Notes under the pieces: generated by a model
What the model was told of the DNA's origin: nothing
Databases searched by the model: none
The model's input: the letters and a program-made list of their open reading frames with translations, nothing else
Shown: piece by piece, positions 7,837-16,814 of the stretch
Numbering within the stretch: the stretch's first letter is position 1
Layout: each line of letters begins with the position of its first letter
Translations under genes and position numbers: made by a program
Assembly (NCBI GenBank): GCA_049976305.1
Contig: JBMFIM010000007.1
Location: 1 to 42,094 of the forward strand
DNA length: 42,094 bases
Direction: 5' to 3'
Source of the DNA: Candidatus Micrarchaeia archaeon
GTDB lineage: Archaea; Micrarchaeota; Micrarchaeia; Micrarchaeales; CABMGC01

Positions 7837-8790
7837 TTAAATAGCTTTCACTATCTCTGCAAACTTTTTCAGGTCTTTTTCCATTTCGCTCCTTATGCTG
7901 GGAAAGCGCAAGGCCGCAGCCGGATGAAATGTTGGAAAATATGTTATTCCCTCTTTTGAAACCGGCCTGCCATGGAGTTCGCTAGCATTTCCTCTGCCAA
8001 GTAGCGCGCCAATTGCAACATTCCCTAGAAGAAGAATGAATTTAGGCTTTATTATATCTATTTGCCTCTTTAGGAAAGGCATGCACAATGCTATTTCGCT
8101 CGGGCTTGGCTCTCTGTTGCCTGGCGGATAAAACTGCACCACGCTGGTTATGTATACTGTCTCTCTCTTTATGCCCGCTTTCTTGAGGAGCTCGTTAAGC
8201 AGCATGCCGCTCCTTCCAACGAACGGTCTTTTTTGCTCGTCTTCCTGTTTTCCAGGCGCCTGGCCAACTAGCATAATGCTTGTGTTTAACGGCCCTTCCC
8301 CTGGTACAAAGTTCTTGCTAAGCTGCCAGCTGCCCATTTCTGGTAGCTTGGCATAGTCTTCATTAAGCTTTGACATTGCTTCGTATCTGCTTACATAGTC
8401 ATAGACTTTTGGGAGCACTTCTTTTATATCTTTGTAACTTGCCTGCGAGAGCATGCTTTCCTGGTCTAACCATGCATAGCCGATGTGCTCTGCAGATATT
8501 TTAACGCTTTTGGTTGAGGATTTCGCTATGAAGAATTTTACTGTCTTCATCACCTTTTCCTTTCCTTCGTAGAAGAAGTATTTCGTCTGTATTGAGAAAT
8601 AGGGTAGGAAAATTGGCTCGAGCCCTGTTTCTTCTTTCACTTCGCGTTTTGCCGCTTCCAGAGCAGTCTCCCCTTTTTCAATATGTCCTTTTGGAATGTC
8701 TGTATCTTGCTCCCTTTTCAAAAGCAAATACAAAGGCCTTCCGTTTTCTATGAAATATACAAATGCACCCGCCGAATATTCGAACTTCAT
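7837..8790 (-). CDS. Fusion: NUDIX (Ap4A hydrolase-like) + family-4-like uracil-DNA glycosylase
   Basis: NUDIX box GHIEKGETALEAAKREVKEETGL; UDG motifs VPGEG, VGQAPG..ED...PFVG, NREP, HPAAALR. Confidence 0.9.
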   Translation of the reverse strand: MKFEYSAGAFVYFIENGRPLYLLLKREQDTDIPKGHIEKGETALEAAKREVKEETGLEPIFLPYFSIQTKYFFYEGKEKVMKTVKFFIAKSSTKSVKISAEHIGYAWLDQESMLSQASYKDIKEVLPKVYDYVSRYEAMSKLNEDYAKLPEMGSWQLSKNFVPGEGPLNTSIMLVGQAPGKQEDEQKRPFVGRSGMLLNELLKKAGIKRETVYITSVVQFYPPGNREPSPSEIALCMPFLKRQIDIIKPKFILLLGNVAIGALLGRGNASELHGRPVSKEGITYFPTFHPAAALRFPSIRSEMEKDLKKFAEIVKAI

Positions 8791-8806
8791 CTTGGCACCT
8801 TTTGTG

Positions 8807-10303
8807 TTACATCATGCTTCTCGCTATGCAATAAGCGCTCAATAACCGTGACCGCTCGGTTTCGTTGTAATAGTAGGGGTTTGCTATGTTGTAGAAGAAA
8901 GTATAAGCGTAGTCTATTCCTTTGCACGCCTGCATGTGCACAAGATATTTAGGAACTATAACATAGGCGTTGGCTACTACTGAAGATGTGTTATACAAGG
9001 TAAACACTACTCTAGTCCTATAAACAAAAAACTCGGAGCCGTTGGCTATTATGTCATACAGTTCTCCCGTAGTGCCGTTTGAATCAAAACTCCAGATTCT
9101 TGATTTTAATGTATTGTTGGCCAGTATGCCTTTCGTAGTGCCGATCCCCGGCCTTGCAATATAAAGCAGCAGAGGGTTAGAGGAGTTTATGCTGTTATTC
9201 CATGCAAAAAATCCGATCCCGTAGGCTGTACCTACATATATGTTCTTTAGTCCTTTCTCAAGAAGGCTAGAGCTTATTAGTCTTGAAATGCTGGAATTGT
9301 GCGGGTTTAGTGCTGTCTGGTTTGCTAGCGCTATCGTTGGAATAGTCATTGCCGTCGAGTAGTTGTAGGTGAGTGCGAAATAAGAAACGCTGAGCAGAAG
9401 TGCAAATGCATATGCTTTGTAGTCTTGCTTTTTGCGTCTTCTTTCCTTTGCATAGGTTTTTTTGTTTGTAAAATGCAGTCCAAATTTGCCCGCGATGAGT
9501 AGCATAATTACTATTGTCAAGTAAAAGAGTATGCTTCCTATGAATTCGTGTATTAGCAATACTGTATTGTTATATCCATAGGCAAGCCAATATGCGCTTA
9601 TTCCAAGCATGCGCAAGTAGTTGAAAAGAAAAAGCAACAAAATGCCTGAGGTTATCCAAAGCGCCTTCTTGGAGGCGCGGCCAGCATAGATAAAAGCTAT
9701 GGGCATGAGGAAAAAGAAAAGTGCGATGAAGAAGCCAATGCTTATGCAAGTATCGCCAATTCCTATTATGCTAACAGGCGAGCTTATTGTTATTGGGGCT
9801 ATGTAGCGAAGCTCTTTTTCAAACAGGCTTAGAACCGCAAATATTGCAATTGTGTTTGCCTTGGCAATCGCCGGGTCAAGCCTGAGAAGAGGCCAGAGCA
9901 CTGCCGGGGATGCAAACAGGGAATAAAGCATAAGGGCTTTGAACCTTCTTACATTTTTTATTCCGAATATTATCGTCGCCAGGGCGAATATTGCTAATGG
10001 AAAAAGGAGAAGGTCTACTCTAAAAGCTAGAAACATAAAAGATAGCCAGAACCTAGCAACTATGACTAGAATTTCAAAAATTACAAAGGCAGTTATGCCT
10101 ATAGCGAGGCTCAGCCTGTCCCCGCTTGGCTTTATGTTACTGAATATGTAGAAAAAGGAGAGTATCGGAAGCATGAGAATGGGCACGATGACATAGGTTT
10201 CTGGGTTTGTGTCTTCTATTGTCAAAGGCGTGATAAAGTAAGAGCTAAGCGTAATTGCAAAAATGCTTATCGCAAACACGACAAAAGCTTCGGTATTGTC
10301 CAT
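8807..10303 (-). CDS. Exosortase/archaeosortase-family protein with C-terminal extracytoplasmic domain
   Basis: Multi-TM; Cys (IGDTCIS), Arg (NYLRM), His (LIHEF) triad in the expected order; soluble C-terminal domain with 10 N-X-S/T sequons. Confidence 0.8.
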   Translation of the reverse strand: MDNTEAFVVFAISIFAITLSSYFITPLTIEDTNPETYVIVPILMLPILSFFYIFSNIKPSGDRLSLAIGITAFVIFEILVIVARFWLSFMFLAFRVDLLLFPLAIFALATIIFGIKNVRRFKALMLYSLFASPAVLWPLLRLDPAIAKANTIAIFAVLSLFEKELRYIAPITISSPVSIIGIGDTCISIGFFIALFFFLMPIAFIYAGRASKKALWITSGILLLFLFNYLRMLGISAYWLAYGYNNTVLLIHEFIGSILFYLTIVIMLLIAGKFGLHFTNKKTYAKERRRKKQDYKAYAFALLLSVSYFALTYNYSTAMTIPTIALANQTALNPHNSSISRLISSSLLEKGLKNIYVGTAYGIGFFAWNNSINSSNPLLLYIARPGIGTTKGILANNTLKSRIWSFDSNGTTGELYDIIANGSEFFVYRTRVVFTLYNTSSVVANAYVIVPKYLVHMQACKGIDYAYTFFYNIANPYYYNETERSRLLSAYCIARSMM

Positions 10304-10313
10304 CTTACTCCTC

Positions 10314-10373
10314 TGTCCTCAGCCGATATAGACTTCATCACATCTCAGCAGTTACTCTATTCTTCACTGGACA
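10314..10373 (-). ncRNA. Box C/D methylation-guide sRNA (double guide)
   Basis: TGTCC-A-GTGAAGA(C)-12 nt-CTGA(D')-GAT-GTGATGA(C')-12 nt-CTGA(D)-GGACA; 5-bp terminal stem; TATA-like TTTAAAA about 20-25 nt upstream. Confidence 0.9.
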
Positions 10374-10427
10374 CTACTATTTTGCTTAAGACTTTTAAAT
10401 ATGCATTGCTATGCTTTTTCGTGTAAT

Positions 10428-10856
10428 ATGCTCAAGTACAGGTTCCTCCCACATACCTCAGAGGTAGAGTTTGTAGCATATGGCAGAAGCATAGAGGAAG
10501 CCATGGAGAACGCAGGAGAGGCCATGCTGCAGGTTATGCTCAACATAAAGAAAATAAAAGGGTCAAAGGCTAAGATAAGAAAATTGATCATAAAGGATTC
10601 TGCCTCTTCGCTTGACGACCTTGCATGGTACTTTCTGCAGGACCTGCTCAGCAAAGTCGACGAAAAGGCTTTGAAGGCCTATGCGGTCAAGGTGTCTTAT
10701 AGTCATGGTAGAAAGCACAGGTTTGTTGCTAAGGTTTTCTACAAGCTTTTAGACGGAGACTTTTCAAGGTTAGAAATAAAAGCAGTGACTCCCTATGACC
10801 TTTCGTTCGAGCAGAAGAACGGAGTATGGAGACTAAGGGCTGTTGTCGATGTCTAG
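10428..10856 (+). CDS. Archease
   Basis: YRFLPHTSEV...AYG.S.EEA.ENA, EIKAVT, C-terminal VVDV. Confidence 0.9.
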   Translation: MLKYRFLPHTSEVEFVAYGRSIEEAMENAGEAMLQVMLNIKKIKGSKAKIRKLIIKDSASSLDDLAWYFLQDLLSKVDEKALKAYAVKVSYSHGRKHRFVAKVFYKLLDGDFSRLEIKAVTPYDLSFEQKNGVWRLRAVVDV

Positions 10857-12054
10857 CGTTCAAACATTGATTGTTTATGCCTTCCTAAGCGTGACCCTAG
10901 CGCTTGCCATAAGGCTTGCCGGCTTCTGGATTACTTATAACATAGCCCTCGCAATGGAAAGCGTTCACATAGTAATAGATGTAGTGATAACGCTGTTTGT
11001 GCTCGTAGCGATATGGCTCACTAAGGCCTCTTTTGCAAAAAGGCTTAGCTACGGTCTTTTCAAGCTCGAAGACCTTGTTTCCTTTTTTATCGCTTTGCTT
11101 ATAATCTATTTTGCATTCGACTTTCTCCTCTCTAGCGGCAGTGTGCTCGCTTCAATGTCTTTCGTTGCTGCTATTTTTGAGCTAGCCAGCCTTGTGCCGC
11201 TGTTTCTTGCAGGCTATACAAAAAGCCTTGCAGGTTCATTGCTAAGGTCACCATCGCTAAAGGCCGATGGCAAGCACACCTATACCGATGTGTATGAGGG
11301 CATGGGAGTTGGTATAGGCCTTCTTCTTTTTGCTTTCTCCCATCTTGTAGGCTTCTATTATCTCGCCATACTTATTGCATTCTTTACCCTTCTTTATACT
11401 GCGTATTCGATAGGTAAGGACTCGCTCCTCAGCCTTCTTGACTTGCCAAAAGACAAGCGTGTGGGAAAAGAAATAGAAGAAATTGCAAGCGGCGTAGAAG
11501 GAGTAAAGCAGGTCAAAGAAGTGAGGATAAGGTGGGCTGGGCCTGTCATCTTCGTTGAGATTATAGTGGAGATGGAGCCGTACCTTACAATAGACGAGTC
11601 GCATCCGCTTACAGAGGTGATAGAGAGTAAGATAAAGGAAAAGATAGAAGGGGTAAGCTCAGTAGTGGTACATGTCGAACCTGTCGAACGAAAAGAGTTT
11701 ACTTTGCTTGTGCCGGTGGAGTCTGCCAACAAACATTCAAGCATAAGCAAGGTGCTTGGCAAGTCGAAGATTTTTGCAATTGTGAAGCTCTCAAGGCATG
11801 AAAAAGAGTTTGAGGAACAAACAAAGTTTATTGAGAATCCGTTCGCGGCAAAGGAGCACATAGGGCCTTACTTCAGGGATCTCATAGCAAAAGAGGGCGT
11901 TACCGACGTTATCTGTGCAAACGCAGGCGAAGGCGTTTATGGCGTGATTTGTTCAAGGCGACTTTTCTGCTGGCAAGCAACAAGCAGCAGCCTTGAAGAC
12001 AATGTGGAAAAATTCAAAGCCAAAAAGCTGAGAAAATTCGTGTTTAATCCTTGA
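10849..12054 (+). CDS. Cation diffusion facilitator with C-terminal NifB/NifX-like domain
   Basis: HIVID and HTYTD transport-site motifs, SYG..KLE, dimerisation domain ending VHVEP, extra domain (ISKVLGKS..F, IENP, DVICANAGEG). Confidence 0.85.
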   Translation: MSSVQTLIVYAFLSVTLALAIRLAGFWITYNIALAMESVHIVIDVVITLFVLVAIWLTKASFAKRLSYGLFKLEDLVSFFIALLIIYFAFDFLLSSGSVLASMSFVAAIFELASLVPLFLAGYTKSLAGSLLRSPSLKADGKHTYTDVYEGMGVGIGLLLFAFSHLVGFYYLAILIAFFTLLYTAYSIGKDSLLSLLDLPKDKRVGKEIEEIASGVEGVKQVKEVRIRWAGPVIFVEIIVEMEPYLTIDESHPLTEVIESKIKEKIEGVSSVVVHVEPVERKEFTLLVPVESANKHSSISKVLGKSKIFAIVKLSRHEKEFEEQTKFIENPFAAKEHIGPYFRDLIAKEGVTDVICANAGEGVYGVICSRRLFCWQATSSSLEDNVEKFKAKKLRKFVFNP

Positions 12055-13090
12055 CAGACGCCGCCTTTCTTAGCCTATTCATAATCGCCAAGCCTATCCC
12101 CCTTTCAGGAAACGTCTGCGCTATGCCTATGTCTGCGTCGGTTTTGTCTAGTCTTTTCAAAGCGTCAAACAGGTTTTTTGCTATTTCATACATATTCTGC
12201 TCGCTGCCAAGCGCTATCGCATCTATGCCTTTGAATAAGCTTGCGGTTTCATTGCTTACAAGCAGAATGGGCTTCAGCCCCTTATTTTTGGCATCACCAA
12301 TCGTCTTTGCAATCTCATCCTTATCGCACAGTACTAGAGGCTTGTTCGGCGCATAATGCCTATATTTCATTCCAGGGGCTATCGCCACATTTGCAGCTTT
12401 CAGCCCACGCACTCCTTCATCCACTTCTATTCTGCCAAATAACTTCTCCAATTCCTCAACCGTAAAAGGCCCCGGCCTAAGCAATGCCGGAGGATTTCTG
12501 GTTATATCTATAATTGTAGATTCTAGCCCATAGAATGTGGTTCCTGCATCTAGCAATATCTCAACCTTGTCCTTAAAATCCTCAAACACGTGCTCTGCCT
12601 TTGTTGCGCTGGGCTTTGTGGCCAAATTGGCGCTTGGCGCTGCGATTGGAACGCCGCTTTGCCTTATCAACGCCAACGCTACCGGATGCGCAGGCATTCT
12701 CACCGCCACTGTCGGCAAGCCGGCTGTTGCCGAGCGAGCTATTTTGCAGCCTTCTTTCTTTCTTGCAACAAAAGTTATAGGCCCAGGCCAAACCTTGTTT
12801 GCAACATCCTCTATTTTCTTTGCCTGTTCTGTGTCAACTATCTCAAAGAATTGATCAATGCTTGCTATGTGAATTATTAGAGGGTTGTCAGCAGGTCTAT
12901 TTTTTGCTTCAAAAATCTTCCTAACAGCGTTTTCATTAAAAGCGTCAGCACCGAGCCCATAGACTGTTTCAGTAGGAAATGCAACAAGATTGCCACTCTT
13001 TATGGCTTTTGCCGCAACATTTATCTTTTCCTCTTCAGGATAGAACGGATTTACTTTAATCAAGATCATTCTATCGCTTAATGCTTGCAC
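12044..13090 (-). CDS. sua5: L-threonylcarbamoyladenylate synthase Sua5 (start may be 13069)
   Basis: FPTETVYGLGA, KNRPADNPLIIH, APSAN, PGMKYRHYAP, AIMNRL. Confidence 0.97.
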   Translation of the reverse strand: MQALSDRMILIKVNPFYPEEEKINVAAKAIKSGNLVAFPTETVYGLGADAFNENAVRKIFEAKNRPADNPLIIHIASIDQFFEIVDTEQAKKIEDVANKVWPGPITFVARKKEGCKIARSATAGLPTVAVRMPAHPVALALIRQSGVPIAAPSANLATKPSATKAEHVFEDFKDKVEILLDAGTTFYGLESTIIDITRNPPALLRPGPFTVEELEKLFGRIEVDEGVRGLKAANVAIAPGMKYRHYAPNKPLVLCDKDEIAKTIGDAKNKGLKPILLVSNETASLFKGIDAIALGSEQNMYEIAKNLFDALKRLDKTDADIGIAQTFPERGIGLAIMNRLRKAASVKD

Positions 13091-13467
13091 ATTCCAATTC
13101 TATCGCCAATTCTTATAGCCATCTTTCTTGCACTTCCAGCGTTAAGTTCGAGCACGTAGCTTGCTTCTTTCTTTGGGTAGTATACCTTGCAGCGGAAAAG
13201 CCTGCATGGCTTGGCCCGCTCAACCAAGTCCACTACCCTCATGTGCTTGTCAAGCCATAGTATGTCTATGCTGAACTTCATGTTCAGCATCCATATACCA
13301 GGTCTGCCTCCCAAGCCAACAAACAGCATGCACTCGTTGGGCTTCAACCTTTTCCAGTACATTAGCCCGTATGCCCTTTTTAGCCAAGTATCGGCAACAT
13401 AAGCCTTTAGCCTTGTTTTGCCTATGCACAACTCCTTAGCAGTATAGCTTTTTGGCCTAAAGCACAT
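13078..13467 (-). CDS. DUF192 family protein
   Basis: VADT...RAYGLM, MLF, IWMLNMKFSIDILW, YVLELNAG. Confidence 0.9.
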   Translation of the reverse strand: MCFRPKSYTAKELCIGKTRLKAYVADTWLKRAYGLMYWKRLKPNECMLFVGLGGRPGIWMLNMKFSIDILWLDKHMRVVDLVERAKPCRLFRCKVYYPKKEASYVLELNAGSARKMAIRIGDRIGMCKH

Positions 13468-13468
13468 T

Positions 13469-15088
13469 CTATTTCACTACCGCTTGGCTCTGCTCCCTGA
13501 GGAATTGGGTAAGATAGTGCTTGCTGCCTGTGCCCTTGCCCGTTATTCCGCTGCCTTTCCATCCTACGAATGTATGCGCCCCAACTATGGCTCCTGTTGT
13601 TGCGCTTGTAGGCCTGTTTACGTATACCACTCCAGCCTGTATCTTGTCAAGGAATTGCCTTATTTCTGAGCGCTTCTTGCTGTACAGGCCTGCTGTCAGT
13701 CCATACTCGGTATCGTTTGCCTTCCTCAAGGCTTCATCAAAGGTCTTGTATGTATCGAGTGCAAGCACAGGCACGAACAACTCCTCATGCATTATTCTGC
13801 TGTCTTGGCTTACCTCTACAAGCGTAGGTTCGACGTAGATGCCGTTTAGTCCTGTGTTGACTACATTGCCGCCATAAAGCACCTTGCCAGTCCTTTTTGC
13901 CTCCTCAACAGCTGCTGTGTATTTCTGCAATGCCGACTTGCTTATGAGAGGACCCATGTATACTTCTTTCTTGAGAGGATTGCCTATTACAAAGCTTCTC
14001 ATCTTTTCTATCATCTTTGATACAAACTCCTCTTTTATCGATTCGTGGACGTAAACCCTAGAGCACGCGCTGCATTTCTGGCCATCGAATCCGAAGGCTG
14101 CACTTGCTACTCCTGTTACTGCGTCATCGATGTTCGCATATTTTGAAACAATTGTCGGGTTCTTGCCACCCATCTCCACTACAAATACCTTCTGCAATCC
14201 AAGGTCTACTGCCTTCTTTATCATGCTTGTGCCAGTGGCCCTCGAGCCGGTGAATACGATTCCGCTCACATCCTTGCTCACTACTAACTCATCCCCTACT
14301 TCGGAGCCTGGGCCCGTAACGTAGTTGAAGACACCATCTGGCAAGCCTGCGCTTTTGAAAAGCTCGTAGATCTTGTAGCCTGTCATCATTGACATGTTGT
14401 CTGTGCTCGAAGGCTTGAATACTACCGTGTTGCCTGTTATAAGCGCGCCTACAGACATGCCGACGGATATTGAAACAGGGAAGTTGAACGGCGCCAGAAC
14501 CCCGAAAACGCCGTATGGCTTCATGGCGATGGTGATCTTTTCCTCTTCGCCAGGCGCGCCCTGGAAGCCAGCGCTGACTTTTGCCGAGCTTCCTGTAAGC
14601 TTGGTTTTTCTGTAGTAGCCCTTATTCTTTTCATACTCGTCCGCATAGTAGTTCATAAAGTCTATTGCTTCATCGACCTCGCCCACAGACTCGTATCTGC
14701 TCTTTCCGTTCTCTATGCTGAGTATTGCAGCAAGCACAAACTTTTCCTTCCTGAAAAGCTCCACAGCATTTCTGAATATTTTTGCCCTCTCCTTATAGCC
14801 TAGCGAAGACCATGATTCGAAGGCAGCCTTTGCCGCTTCTATTGCTTGATCGGCATGCTGCCTAGTGCCCTTCTGGAATCTGCCTATCAGCGTGCCATCT
14901 ATCGGCGAGTTTTCAACTATTTCTTCGTTTGCAAAGACCTCTTTGCCACCTATGTACATTGGTATTCGCTTGCCAAGCACATTCTGTTTTACATAGTTTA
15001 CTGCATCTTCAAAGTTTTTGTCAAACTCTGCTTCTTTGCCCTCTTCTACAAAATGTCTGTATGTAAACTCGTTTTCAAAACCAGCCAT
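13469..15088 (-). CDS. Aldehyde dehydrogenase, P5C dehydrogenase (RocA/PruA)-like
   Basis: PFNFP, FTGS, EMGGKN, GQKCSACSR, EELFVP, YGLTAG, TGAIVG. Confidence 0.9.
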   Translation of the reverse strand: MAGFENEFTYRHFVEEGKEAEFDKNFEDAVNYVKQNVLGKRIPMYIGGKEVFANEEIVENSPIDGTLIGRFQKGTRQHADQAIEAAKAAFESWSSLGYKERAKIFRNAVELFRKEKFVLAAILSIENGKSRYESVGEVDEAIDFMNYYADEYEKNKGYYRKTKLTGSSAKVSAGFQGAPGEEEKITIAMKPYGVFGVLAPFNFPVSISVGMSVGALITGNTVVFKPSSTDNMSMMTGYKIYELFKSAGLPDGVFNYVTGPGSEVGDELVVSKDVSGIVFTGSRATGTSMIKKAVDLGLQKVFVVEMGGKNPTIVSKYANIDDAVTGVASAAFGFDGQKCSACSRVYVHESIKEEFVSKMIEKMRSFVIGNPLKKEVYMGPLISKSALQKYTAAVEEAKRTGKVLYGGNVVNTGLNGIYVEPTLVEVSQDSRIMHEELFVPVLALDTYKTFDEALRKANDTEYGLTAGLYSKKRSEIRQFLDKIQAGVVYVNRPTSATTGAIVGAHTFVGWKGSGITGKGTGSKHYLTQFLREQSQAVVK

Positions 15089-15150
15089 GTAATCACTACC
15101 AATATTGCAACAAACATTTTAATAACATTATAAACAAGAATTAGGCACGT

Positions 15151-16257
15151 ATGGAAATAGTCAGCGAAGGAAAGGCAAGAATCATTACTGCAAACGCATT
15201 CTACAATCCAAAAATGAAAAGGCTCAGGGACATTTCAGTAGCTTTGTTGAGAGCAACCATGAATCCTCGGTTTGCGGTGTTAGATTCTACAGCCGCAACG
15301 GGCATAAGAGGGATAAGGTACTTGCTTGAAGCTGATGCTGGAAAAGCCGTATTTCTCGAGATAAACAGCAGCGCTTATGCCACGCTCCTCAGCAACATAA
15401 AGCTTAATGGAGTAGAAGCAAAAGCAGAGGCAAAGAACACTAGCATACAAGAGTTTGCTAATACATCAAATGAAAGGTTTGACGCCATAGACCTTGACCC
15501 TTTTGGCACTCCAGCGCCTTACATATTTGACCTTCTGAAGCTTGCTAAAGACAACACCCTATTTATGGTAACGGCTACGGACACAGCGACGCTTTGCGGG
15601 GCAGAGGCACATGCTTGCTTGAGGCTTTATGCTGCTAAGCCCATGCACGGCAAGCTGTGCCATGAGGCGAGCATACGTATTCTGCTTGCGTTTTTGGCCA
15701 GGCTTGCTGCGCAGTTCAATTTTGGAATAGAGCCATTACTTAGCTTGGCCGAGCTTCACTATGTCAGAGTTTTTGTCAAGCTGAAAAGAGGAGCGCAGAA
15801 GGCTTTGGAAAGTGTGAAAGAAATAGGGCTCGCATCGTTGTGCAGGAAGTGCCACAGCTATTATCTTGCCAAGTTGTTCAGCAATGAGAAGATCGCATAC
15901 ACGTGCAACTTTTGCGGAAGCAACACAGAGGTTTTCGGCCCATTGTGGCTTGGTAGCATAACCAACAAGCAGGTGTTGGGCAAGGTGGCAAGCCTGTTAG
16001 AAGGCAAGACAGCAGCGAGCATAAACGCAATAGCTTCAGAGCTTGAGGTGCCTTTCTTCTATAGCCTTGACGAGATCACAAGCTATCTAGGAATTGGCTC
16101 TGTGCCCCTCGACAAAGTTATTTCAGAATTGAAAGAGAAAGGGGTAAGTGTGAGCAAGACTGCATTCTGCACCAACTGCATTAAAGCCGATGCAAAAGTT
16201 GATGCAATAATCGATGCGGTGAAGAAAGCGAATGGCTCAGTTATACATAAGGTATAG
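15151..16257 (+). CDS. trm1: tRNA (guanine26-N2)-dimethyltransferase
   Basis: FYNPKM...RD, ATGIRGIRY, DLDPFGTP, TATDTA.LCG, zinc-finger CxxC pairs, GPLWLG. Confidence 0.95.
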   Translation: MEIVSEGKARIITANAFYNPKMKRLRDISVALLRATMNPRFAVLDSTAATGIRGIRYLLEADAGKAVFLEINSSAYATLLSNIKLNGVEAKAEAKNTSIQEFANTSNERFDAIDLDPFGTPAPYIFDLLKLAKDNTLFMVTATDTATLCGAEAHACLRLYAAKPMHGKLCHEASIRILLAFLARLAAQFNFGIEPLLSLAELHYVRVFVKLKRGAQKALESVKEIGLASLCRKCHSYYLAKLFSNEKIAYTCNFCGSNTEVFGPLWLGSITNKQVLGKVASLLEGKTAASINAIASELEVPFFYSLDEITSYLGIGSVPLDKVISELKEKGVSVSKTAFCTNCIKADAKVDAIIDAVKKANGSVIHKV

Positions 16258-16323
16258 TGCCACTAAAAGGAAAAGTATTTATATGAGCTAATTTAATAAG
16301 TATAATCGGTGAAAGAGGTGGGG

Positions 16324-16683
16324 GTGGAAAACGGGGGGCGTATAGGATACCCTGAGTTTGCAAAGGCAATAGCTGCAAGCGATGGCAGGACATATGACGT
16401 AGAAGGCGCGGAGAAAAAAGACTTGGCCTACATCATAGAAAATACCTGCATCTACTGCGGCAGGCTAATGGCAAAGGATGAGGTCAAGATCCTACCACCA
16501 AGCTACGTCGTAGAAAGAGACCCATACGTTAGGAACGGCGTTGTGAAGCGCAGGCTAATGTGCGTGCAGTGCTACAATGAAATAAAGAGCGCTGCAAAAA
16601 CCAAAGAACCATACGCGCAGAGAAACTTGCGCAGCAACATAATAGTGAAAAGCCTGGTAAAGGGATTCCTGTTCAACAAATAA
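16324..16683 (+). CDS. Hypothetical CxxC-CxxC zinc-binding protein (start GTG 16324 or 16309)
   Basis: CIYCG...CVQC; GAGGTG RBS-like motif at 16315-16320; TATA-like TTTATA upstream. Confidence 0.7.
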   Translation: MENGGRIGYPEFAKAIAASDGRTYDVEGAEKKDLAYIIENTCIYCGRLMAKDEVKILPPSYVVERDPYVRNGVVKRRLMCVQCYNEIKSAAKTKEPYAQRNLRSNIIVKSLVKGFLFNK

Positions 16684-16814
16684 AACAGCAAAGCCAGTAA
16701 AGCAAACACATAGCTCAGGGCTTGTTTCATTTTTTCTTTTTTGCTGGCTTGTTTTTCTAGCTTTGCTTTTATTTCCCGTTCCCGCGAGAAAAGTTTATTA
16801 ATGGAGAAAGCGTT

